Positions 23,405 to 30,058 of a stretch of 30,058 nt of DNA are shown one piece after another. The first letter of the stretch is position 1; each line of letters starts with the position of its first letter. The stretch covers positions 1-30,058 of the forward strand of contig CAZYOI010000002.1 of assembly GCA_964648705.1 (NCBI GenBank), given 5' to 3'. Position numbers and translations under genes: made by a program. A model generated the notes under the pieces. That model was given only the letters and a program-made list of their open reading frames with translations. It was not told the DNA's origin and ran no database searches. The DNA comes from an uncultured Candidatus Saccharibacteria bacterium (GTDB taxonomy: Bacteria; Patescibacteriota; Minisyncoccia; Minisyncoccales; GWA2-38-27).

Positions 23405-24841
23405 TCAATAAGCTTGAGCGAAAAGCCACTTTTGATTAGTTCTTTTTCCGCAATAAACACATTTTCCCTCAGAAGAATCAGAAAAAAGGGCTCTGGTGGT
23501 CGCTTTTGTCTCTTTTTTAATCTTTTCCTCGCATTTAGAATCTCCGCACCAAAAGGCCTTTAAAAAGCCTTTTTCTTTTTTAATTGTTTCTTTAAACTCC
23601 CTGTAATCAGAAACTTCTCTGGTATTTTCTTTCAAATGCTCCCGGCTCTTTTCCAGCAGACCTTTCTGAATAGAATCCAGCAGTTTTTCTATTCTGGAAG
23701 GCAGAGAGCTAAAAGGAACAGATTCTTTTTCTCCGCTGTCTCTTCTAACTAGAACCGCTTTTCCCTTTTTCAGCTCCTTTTCTCCTATATCGATTCTCAA
23801 AGGAACGCCTTTCAGCTCCCAGTAGTTGTACTTCCAGCCGAGGCTGTAATTCTTCCGACAATCAACTTTAACCCTGAAACTCTTTAAACTCTTTTTTATC
23901 TTCTCAACTTCTCCGGAGAGCTTCCTGTCTATGCTCCCCTTTTTCAAAACAGGGACAATAACAATCTGAATCGGAGCCAGCCGAGGGGGAAGAACAAGGC
24001 CCGAATTATCTCCGTGAGACATAATCAAAGCTCCTATGCTTCTGGTAGAAAGCCCCCAGGAGGTCTGCCAGGGAATTCTTTTCTTCCCTTTTTTATCTGA
24101 AAACTTGATATCAAAAGCTTTAGCAAAGTTCTGGCCCAAATCATGAGAAGTGCATCCCTGAAGGGCTTTTCCGTCCGGCATAAGCATCTCGTAGGTATAG
24201 GTGGTTAAAGCGCCGGGGAACTTCTCAGAATCCGACTTTATCCCCGTATAGCCGGCAATAGCAAAATATTCCTGATAAAGCTCAACATATTTTTCCATAA
24301 TCTCTTCTGCTTTATCTACAGCTCCTTTATGCTCGGCATGAACCGTATGGCCTTCTTGCCATAAAAACTCCGTTGTCCTTAAAAACAAGCGGGATCTCAT
24401 TTCCCAGCGGACAATATTGCACCACTGATTTACCAAAAGAGGCAGGTCTCTCCAGGAATCAATCCAGTCAGCAAACATGCTGTAGATAATGGTCTCTGAA
24501 GTAGGTCTTACAACCAGCTTCTCTTTAAGCTTCTTTCCCCCTCCGATAGTAACTATAGCCAGTTCGGGCGAAAACCCTTTTATATGCTCTTTTTCCTTCT
24601 TCAAAAACCTCTCCGGGATAAAAAGAGGAAAATAGGCGTTTTCCGCTCCGGCTGTTTTAATCATTTCATCTAAAACATCTTTAATATTCTCCCAGACAGC
24701 GTATCCGTAGGGGCGAATCACCTGGCATCCCTTTACCGGAGCGTAGTCTGCCATTTCTGATTTTCTGGTAACCTCCGTATACCACTTGGAGAAATTATCT
24801 GTTTTTTTAACCAGATATTCTTTTTCAAAGTTTTTGCTCAT
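23405..24841 (-). CDS. proS: Prolyl-tRNA synthetase, archaeal/eukaryote-like type
   Basis: APVKGC..IRPYGYAVWE, VRPTSET, NQWCNIVRWE, FLRTTEFLWQEGHT, SHDLGQNFAKAF, TSWGLSTR, C-terminal Cys-rich domain; no insertion editing domain. Confidence 0.96.
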   Translation of the reverse strand: MSKNFEKEYLVKKTDNFSKWYTEVTRKSEMADYAPVKGCQVIRPYGYAVWENIKDVLDEMIKTAGAENAYFPLFIPERFLKKEKEHIKGFSPELAIVTIGGGKKLKEKLVVRPTSETIIYSMFADWIDSWRDLPLLVNQWCNIVRWEMRSRLFLRTTEFLWQEGHTVHAEHKGAVDKAEEIMEKYVELYQEYFAIAGYTGIKSDSEKFPGALTTYTYEMLMPDGKALQGCTSHDLGQNFAKAFDIKFSDKKGKKRIPWQTSWGLSTRSIGALIMSHGDNSGLVLPPRLAPIQIVIVPVLKKGSIDRKLSGEVEKIKKSLKSFRVKVDCRKNYSLGWKYNYWELKGVPLRIDIGEKELKKGKAVLVRRDSGEKESVPFSSLPSRIEKLLDSIQKGLLEKSREHLKENTREVSDYREFKETIKKEKGFLKAFWCGDSKCEEKIKKETKATTRALFSDSSEGKCVYCGKRTNQKWLFAQAY

Positions 24842-24842
24842 T

Positions 24843-25922
24843 TTAAAATATTCTTATTATGTCCATTACTGTTATAAAGATCATTAAAAGAATCAAAAGG
24901 ATAAAGAAGGCGCTGCTCACTTTTTCTACAACCTTGGCGTTCAAAGGCTTTCTCCTTATTCTTTCAATAGTCAGAAACAAAAGCCAGCCTCCGTCCAAAG
25001 CCGGAACAGGCAGAATATTGATTATGGCCAGGTGGACCGTTAAAACAGCCACAAAGTTCAAGAAATAGCTCGCCCCCAGACCGCCTACTCTGGAAAAAAG
25101 CTGGAAAATGCCGACAATGCCCGTCACCTCCATGCCGGCAGGAACACCTTCTCCTTGAAACAAACTGGCAAAAAGCATTCCCCAGCCCTCTATTATTCTC
25201 CAAGTCAAGTTTCCCGTAGCCAAAACGCCCCGCCAGACAGCCTGATACCAAGGATAGGACTCCAAGCCCGTTCTCACCAGAGCTACGCCCATAGCTCCCT
25301 CGCCTTCCGGAGGAGAAACTCTCGGAATCAGAGAAACCTTCATAATATCTCCTCCTCTCTGAATCTTAAGAGCAACTTCTCTCCCTTTATACTCTTTAAC
25401 AAGATCTTTCACCTGATCCACCTTGTCTACAGCCAGAGCTCTGCCTTCTATTTCAGCTCCCCTTATAATGTCTCCCGTCTTCAAACCCGCTCTCTCGGCC
25501 GGAGAATCTTTAGAAACCCCTATAATCTGAACTTTAGGGTCTGCCGCTCCTTCAGCTGAATCCTCGATAATGGTGGGAGAGCCAAGAGCCATAACAACGC
25601 TCAAGAGAACAGCCGCTATAATCCAGAAGGAGATAACTCCGCCTGCGATTATCAAGGCCTTCTGCCAATAGGGCTTGACACTAAAGCTTCCCGGCTCCTC
25701 TATTCTCTTCTCCTGGCCGTATATTTTAACAAAGCCCCCGAAAGGAAGAAGGTTTATAGAATAGAGGGTCTCTCCTATCTTCTTTCCCCAGATTCTGGGA
25801 GGATAGCCGAATCCGAACTCCTCCACTTTTACTCCGAACTTCTTAGCTAAGAGAAAATGGCCCAGCTCGTGGAAAAAAATCAATAATATTAAAGATAAAA
25901 CAGCTATTATTACGATAATCAT
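24843..25922 (-). CDS. rseP: RIP (site-2) metalloprotease RseP with PDZ domain
   Basis: HELGH, GVKVEEFGFG, PFGGFVKI, PDZ (SPAERAGLKTGD), NILPVPALDGG. Confidence 0.93.
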   Translation of the reverse strand: MIIVIIAVLSLILLIFFHELGHFLLAKKFGVKVEEFGFGYPPRIWGKKIGETLYSINLLPFGGFVKIYGQEKRIEEPGSFSVKPYWQKALIIAGGVISFWIIAAVLLSVVMALGSPTIIEDSAEGAADPKVQIIGVSKDSPAERAGLKTGDIIRGAEIEGRALAVDKVDQVKDLVKEYKGREVALKIQRGGDIMKVSLIPRVSPPEGEGAMGVALVRTGLESYPWYQAVWRGVLATGNLTWRIIEGWGMLFASLFQGEGVPAGMEVTGIVGIFQLFSRVGGLGASYFLNFVAVLTVHLAIINILPVPALDGGWLLFLTIERIRRKPLNAKVVEKVSSAFFILLILLMIFITVMDIIRIF

Positions 25923-26473
25923 CCTTCTTTTATAGCTTTCTTTTTATTCTCAACCAAATCCCTGACTTTATTGTTATACTCGTCAACAAGCTCCTGGAGA
26001 TCCTCTTTTGCCTTAAACTTGTCGTCTTCTCTTATTTCCCCTTTTTCCTCTTTTTTCTGAATGTCATGCCAGGCCTCTTCTCTCCATCTCCTTATCGTTT
26101 TCCTCGCCTCCTCCTGCTTTTCTGAAAGAAGGCTTATCAGCCTCTCTCTATACTCTTCGTTCATAGCAGGAAGCTTAATCCTTATTACATCCTGGTCCAC
26201 TACAGGCGAAGCCCCCAGATCCCCCTTGGCCAGACTTTTCTCTATGGGCTCTAAGTATGACTTGTCCCAGGGCTGGATTACGATCTGCTTCGGATCCGGG
26301 GTGGAAATAGCAGCCAGCTGCTTTAAGGGAAGCTTCTGGCCGAAGCAGTCAACCGCCACATCCTCGACCAAAGAAGGATTGGCTCTCCCTGTCCTTATCT
26401 TCCTTAATTCTTCTTTTAAATGATTAAGAACTTTTTCAAGCTCCGGTTTGATTTTATCTACGTCTTGATACAT
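25919..26473 (-). CDS. frr: Ribosome recycling factor
   Basis: IRTGRANPSL, LKQLAAIS, IQPWD, P.MNEEYR, EDDKF. Confidence 0.96.
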   Translation of the reverse strand: MYQDVDKIKPELEKVLNHLKEELRKIRTGRANPSLVEDVAVDCFGQKLPLKQLAAISTPDPKQIVIQPWDKSYLEPIEKSLAKGDLGASPVVDQDVIRIKLPAMNEEYRERLISLLSEKQEEARKTIRRWREEAWHDIQKKEEKGEIREDDKFKAKEDLQELVDEYNNKVRDLVENKKKAIKEG

Positions 26474-26475
26474 GG

Positions 26476-27324
26476 TTAAAGATGAATTAAAAGATTTTCA
26501 ATAGCCAGCTTGCAGCTTATATTACTAGTATAAAGCAAAAACTGGGTGCCTTGAAGCTCTTTAAGAAAGCTCAAATTATCAAAAGAGCTTTCTTTTGAAA
26601 TAATGTGTCCTCTTAGATACTCTGACCAGACAGACAAAACCTCCTCTGCTTCCTCTTTCTCCCTGCTTACTTCTTTAGCGTATTTAAAGCGCTCGGCAAA
26701 AGGAGACTCTTTCAGTTTTAAAAGGTCGGAGACAATCCTCTTTCTTTTCTCAAGCTTCCGGGGATCTTCCAGAAAATCCATAATTCTCCCCGGCCTGCCC
26801 AGAGAAATAAGAGCGAGATTCTCTGCCTTCTCTTCAGAAAACCCCCTTTTTAAAAGATGCTTTCTGATCAGATCTTTCTTGACGGGAGAGAATCTAAGAG
26901 TCTGAACTCTGGAAGTGATAGTGGAAAGAAGGGTTTCTGGATATTCTGTAATCAATATAAGGAGAGTGTTTCCTTTGGGCTCTTCCAAAAGCTTTAAAAA
27001 AGAGCTCTGGGCTTGAAAGGTCATCTTATGGGCTTTGTCTATTATCCCTATCTTCAAAGGAGCGGAATAGGGCTTTAAGGAGAGGCGGGAGATAAGCCCT
27101 CTTATCTGGAATATCTGGATTTTCTCTTTTTCCGGCTCTATCACAATCAGGTCGGGATGTTTTTCAATGTTTCCGGGGTTATCGTATAAGTATCTCGCAA
27201 ACTCCAAAGCCAAAGTCCTCTTGCCTATCTTCTCCTGGCCTGAAAAAAGAAGGGCATGGGGGATCTTTCCCAAATCTGCCGCCTTTTTCAGAAAATGCCG
27301 CTGTTTTTGATGCCCTATAATCAT
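26476..27324 (-). CDS. holB: DNA polymerase III delta' subunit; start reassigned to ATG 27324
   Basis: IIGHQ, PHALLFSG, HPDL, AQSSFLKLLEEP, LLSTITSRVQ. Confidence 0.88.
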   Translation of the reverse strand: MIIGHQKQRHFLKKAADLGKIPHALLFSGQEKIGKRTLALEFARYLYDNPGNIEKHPDLIVIEPEKEKIQIFQIRGLISRLSLKPYSAPLKIGIIDKAHKMTFQAQSSFLKLLEEPKGNTLLILITEYPETLLSTITSRVQTLRFSPVKKDLIRKHLLKRGFSEEKAENLALISLGRPGRIMDFLEDPRKLEKRKRIVSDLLKLKESPFAERFKYAKEVSREKEEAEEVLSVWSEYLRGHIISKESSFDNLSFLKELQGTQFLLYTSNISCKLAIENLLIHL

Positions 27325-28328
27325 TTTTTGGACATTATGCTCTTTTTGTAGGCCTCCAGATTTTCCAAAACCACGCCTGTCCCTTTGGCTACGCACAAAA
27401 GCGGGTCTTCTGCCACAAAGCAGGGAACGCCGGTGGACTTGGCTACCAGCTCGTCTATATTCCTAATCAAAGCCCCTCCTCCCGAGATAATCATCCCTTT
27501 GTCCATAATATCGGCAGCAAGCTCTGGAGGAGTTTCCCTTAAAACCCTTTTTACCACCTGAACAATCTCATGAAGGTTTTCCGATATCGCATCCGAAATC
27601 TCATTGGAGGATATTTTAACATTCTGAGGAAGACCGGAAGCCAAATGCCTTCCCCTGATTTCCATCTCCCGAGGTTTTTTCTCAAGAATGGCTGTTCCTA
27701 TCTTAATCTTAATATCTTCTGCTGTTTGCTCTCCTACGGCCAGATTATACTTTTCTTTAATGTAGTTTGTAATGGCGCTGTCCATTTTATCCCCCCCTAC
27801 CCTCAAAGAATCCCAAGTAACAACGCCGCCGAGGGAAATAACAGCAACTTCAGAGGTTCCCCCTCCAATATCAATTATCATATGCCCGGAACAGGAATTG
27901 ATAGGTATGCCGGCTCCAATAGCCGCCAGAACGGGCTCTTTGGCCAGATAAACCCCTTTAGCTCCTGCCCCTGTTCCAGCTTCAATAACGGCTCTTCTTT
28001 CTGTAGAGGTGATTCCGGCAGGAACCCCTATCAAGAGCTCCGGCCTCAAAAATCTGAAAGTGCCCGGAACCTTTTTGACAAAATAGCGGATAATAGCTTC
28101 TGTCACCCGGTAATCCGCTATAACGCCGTCCTTTAGGGGCCTGTAAACCCTGATAGCGTCCGGCGTTCTTCCTGTCATCTCCTTGGCTTCTTTGCCTATA
28201 GCTAAAACCTTGTTTTCAGAAAGAGCCACAGCCACCACGGAGGGCTCGTTTAAAACCGCTCCCTTGCCGGAGATAAAGACGATTGAGTTGCAGGTCCCCA
28301 AATCTATGCCTATTTTCCTGACAAACAT
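27321..28328 (-). CDS. mreB: MreB/Mbl-family actin (paralog 2)
   Basis: IGIDLGT, NEPSVVA, RPLKDGVIADY, ITSTERRAV, IDIGGGTSEVAVISLGG, DPLLCVAKG. Confidence 0.93.
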   Translation of the reverse strand: MFVRKIGIDLGTCNSIVFISGKGAVLNEPSVVAVALSENKVLAIGKEAKEMTGRTPDAIRVYRPLKDGVIADYRVTEAIIRYFVKKVPGTFRFLRPELLIGVPAGITSTERRAVIEAGTGAGAKGVYLAKEPVLAAIGAGIPINSCSGHMIIDIGGGTSEVAVISLGGVVTWDSLRVGGDKMDSAITNYIKEKYNLAVGEQTAEDIKIKIGTAILEKKPREMEIRGRHLASGLPQNVKISSNEISDAISENLHEIVQVVKRVLRETPPELAADIMDKGMIISGGGALIRNIDELVAKSTGVPCFVAEDPLLCVAKGTGVVLENLEAYKKSIMSKK

Positions 28329-29623
28329 ATTCTTTTAATATCAGCTCCTAAATTTTTTAATCTCTCTTCTATTTTCTCATAACCCCGGTCTATCTGGTAA
28401 ACATTGTTAATAACGGTTTTTCCTTCTGATATGAGGCCGGCGATTACTAAAGCGGCTCCCGCCCTCAAATCAGAACCGGGTATTTCCCTTCCGTATAATT
28501 TAGTAGGCCCGTAGACTATGCCCCGGTGGGGATCGCAGAAAATAATATCAGCTCCCATTTTATTCAATTCCTCCAAATACTTTAACCTCCCTTCGTACAA
28601 AGGATCGTGAATCAGGGTGGGACCCGGCGTCTGAGTAGCCAGAACGCCGAGCTCCGGCTGCAGATCGGAATGGATCCCCGGATAAGGCAGGCTTTGGATC
28701 TTGTCTATTTTCAAGTCAGAAGGAAATACCTCGATGGTTTCCGGATCTTTGATTTCAAACCTGGCCCCGAAGTCGGAAAGCCTTTTTAAAAAAAGGTCTA
28801 AAAAGGAAAGCTGGGCTTTTCTGACAAGAGCATGCCCTCTGGTAGCCAGAATTGCCGCAATAAAGGTGCCCGTTTCAATAGGATCTGATATTATCTTCCA
28901 TTTAAAGCCCTTCAGCTTCTTTTTCCCTTTTATCTCAAAACTATGGCATCCCCCGTCTTTTATCTCAGCTCCCATCTCTCTTAAAACCTTTACCAGTTCC
29001 TGTATCTGATAATCCTGGTCGGCCGTTTTCAGAACGGTCGTTAGAGGATTCCTGGCAGAATACAAGAGAACGTTTTCTGTAGCTGTTACGCTGAATTCTT
29101 TTAAAACAACCTCAATGGGCTTGTCTTTCCTGAATTTCAGAACCGTCTTGTAGCTGGATTTAAAATGAGAATCTTTTTTAAAAACAAAAGAGCCGTCTTC
29201 AACAGAACTATTAATCCCCATTTGGGAGAAAGCGTCCAAATGGGTGTCTATAGGCCTTGACCCTATCAAACAGCCCCCGGGAGGAGGAATTTCAACTTCT
29301 CCGAATCTGGCCAAAAGGGGGCCTGTTATTAAAATAGAACCCCTTAAAAACCTTACTATCTCCCTGGGCAGATTATCAAGATTAAGAGAAGAATTCTTAA
29401 CTTTTATCTTTCTTTCTCCAAGCCAGGTTATCTCAGATCCCAGCCCCTTTAAAATATCTATCATCTTAAAAACATCTTCTATGAGGGGAAGATTGTCTAT
29501 TTCGCAAGCTTCATCGGTTAAAAGAGTGGCAGCCAGTATGGGAAAGGCTGCATTTTTGGCGCCTCTTGTCTCTACTTCTCCCTTAAGGGGCTTTCCGCCT
29601 TTTATTTCGAATTTTCCGTTCAT
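28310..29623 (-). CDS. murA: UDP-N-acetylglucosamine 1-carboxyvinyltransferase
   Basis: GAKNAA, PGGCLIGSRPIDTH (catalytic Cys retained), SVTATEN, DPIETGT, DLRAGAALV, IDRGYE. Confidence 0.96.
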   Translation of the reverse strand: MNGKFEIKGGKPLKGEVETRGAKNAAFPILAATLLTDEACEIDNLPLIEDVFKMIDILKGLGSEITWLGERKIKVKNSSLNLDNLPREIVRFLRGSILITGPLLARFGEVEIPPPGGCLIGSRPIDTHLDAFSQMGINSSVEDGSFVFKKDSHFKSSYKTVLKFRKDKPIEVVLKEFSVTATENVLLYSARNPLTTVLKTADQDYQIQELVKVLREMGAEIKDGGCHSFEIKGKKKLKGFKWKIISDPIETGTFIAAILATRGHALVRKAQLSFLDLFLKRLSDFGARFEIKDPETIEVFPSDLKIDKIQSLPYPGIHSDLQPELGVLATQTPGPTLIHDPLYEGRLKYLEELNKMGADIIFCDPHRGIVYGPTKLYGREIPGSDLRAGAALVIAGLISEGKTVINNVYQIDRGYEKIEERLKNLGADIKRICLSGK

Positions 29624-29631
29624 ACAATTAT

Positions 29632-29660
29632 ATATTAATCTAAATCTAAACGGTTGGCAA
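29632..29660 (-). promoter_or_regulatory. Sigma70 promoter of murA (near-leaderless)
   Basis: Minus strand TTGCCA (29660-29655), 17 bp, TAATAT (29637-29632); ATG 8 nt downstream; no SD. Confidence 0.6.
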
Positions 29661-29664
29661 GCCG

Positions 29665-29692
29665 AAAAAAAGCCCGAGCTTGAGGCTCGAGC
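29665..29692 (-). terminator. Intrinsic terminator of the 66-aa gene
   Basis: Minus strand GCTCGAGC-CTCAA-GCTCGGGC stem (one U-G wobble) followed by T7. Confidence 0.85.
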
Positions 29693-29893
29693 CTATCTAA
29701 TTAATCCTTTACTCTGTAACTTCCTAACTGCCTCTGTTAAAATATTGAACTTCAAAAGAACTGGCATTTCAGAAATTTCCTTCTCCTTTTCTTCTGGCAA
29801 AGGCAGTCCTGCTATTGAAGAAAAAATGTTTCTTTCTTCTTGAATTAATCCTGCCAAATCTAGTTTTTCTTCTGTTTTTTCAAGAGAGAGCAT
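29693..29893 (-). CDS. 66-aa hypothetical protein (MLSLEKTEEK...); start reassigned to ATG 29893
   Basis: GGGAAGGGAG SD-like sequence before ATG; extended -10 TGCTATAAT at 29944-29936; its own terminator. Confidence 0.6.
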   Translation of the reverse strand: MLSLEKTEEKLDLAGLIQEERNIFSSIAGLPLPEEKEKEISEMPVLLKFNILTEAVRKLQSKGLIR

Positions 29894-30003
29894 GGCTTCT
29901 CCCTTCCCTGTTTTGTTGGAAAAAAGCTTTATATTATTATAGCAAAAAAGAAAAAAAGCAAATAAATGTTTTAAAAAAAGAAGTTTTCTGCTAAAATTAA
30001 AAT

Positions 30004-30058
30004 ATGACAAAAAGAAAAAGAATCAGCCTGATAGCGGTCCTTGCGGCTCTTTTTTTAA
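30004..30058 (+). CDS. N-terminus of a probable secreted/membrane protein, truncated by the window end
   Basis: MTKRKRISLIAVLAALFL... signal-peptide pattern, frame open to the end; extended -10 TGCTAAAAT (29989-29997) 6 nt before the ATG. Confidence 0.5.
   Translation, partial: MTKRKRISLIAVLAALFL

Noticed and set aside
866-29843. Many 60-200 aa ORFs overlapping recognised genes on the opposite strand or another frame (e.g. 7228-7683, 16344-16826, 27570-28136, 29244-29843)
   Set aside because: Fully explained as shadow frames of well-supported genes; no motifs, SD or independent promoters
1-30058. UGA recoding (genetic code 25) as in some CPR lineages
   Set aside because: TGA ends miaA, gatC, proS, pyrF and others at their expected C-termini, and no conserved gene is interrupted by TGA
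1-30058. CRISPR array, rRNA, IS element, T-box or riboswitch leaders
   Set aside because: No regularly spaced repeats, rRNA-like tracts or transposase ORFs; leaders of pheS, proS and pyrD are too short and lack the motifs

Overview
A dense, mostly minus-strand housekeeping region of a genome-reduced bacterium using standard code 11. The gene set and style (short PheT, archaeal/eukaryote-type ProRS, DUF5667 and pilin-LamG surface proteins, no rplA after rplK) point by inference to Patescibacteria/CPR, probably Parcubacteria. Gene order: DUF5667/Kazal secreted protein, miaB, miaA (+); gatB; secE-nusG-rplK-dCMP deaminase-tmk-thyX; pheS-DUF6922-AbiEii-like NTase-pheT-gyrB; pyrD-pyrF-pyrE; a + strand tRNA cluster; a ~10 kb coupled chain murA-mreB-holB-frr-rseP-proS-mreB-gatC-pilin/LamG-gatA-membrane HEPN-like protein. 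The most striking features are absent from the ORF track: (1) an initiator-type tRNA-Met(CAU) split at position 36/37 by a 245-nt ORF-less group I intron (18701-18945), with non-canonical tRNA bases (C33, G55, A29-U41); (2) GyrB with two inteins, a 547-aa Ser1 LAGLIDADG intein in the ATP-binding N-box and a 203-aa intein with an eroded endonuclease region in the Toprim motif; (3) a type IV TA-like pair inside pheS-pheT; (4) an unannotated 36-aa membrane peptide with its own promoter and SD between miaB and miaA; (5) a Tmk with His in place of the P-loop Lys. No CRISPR array, rRNA or intact IS was seen. All family assignments are by motif recognition, not database search.
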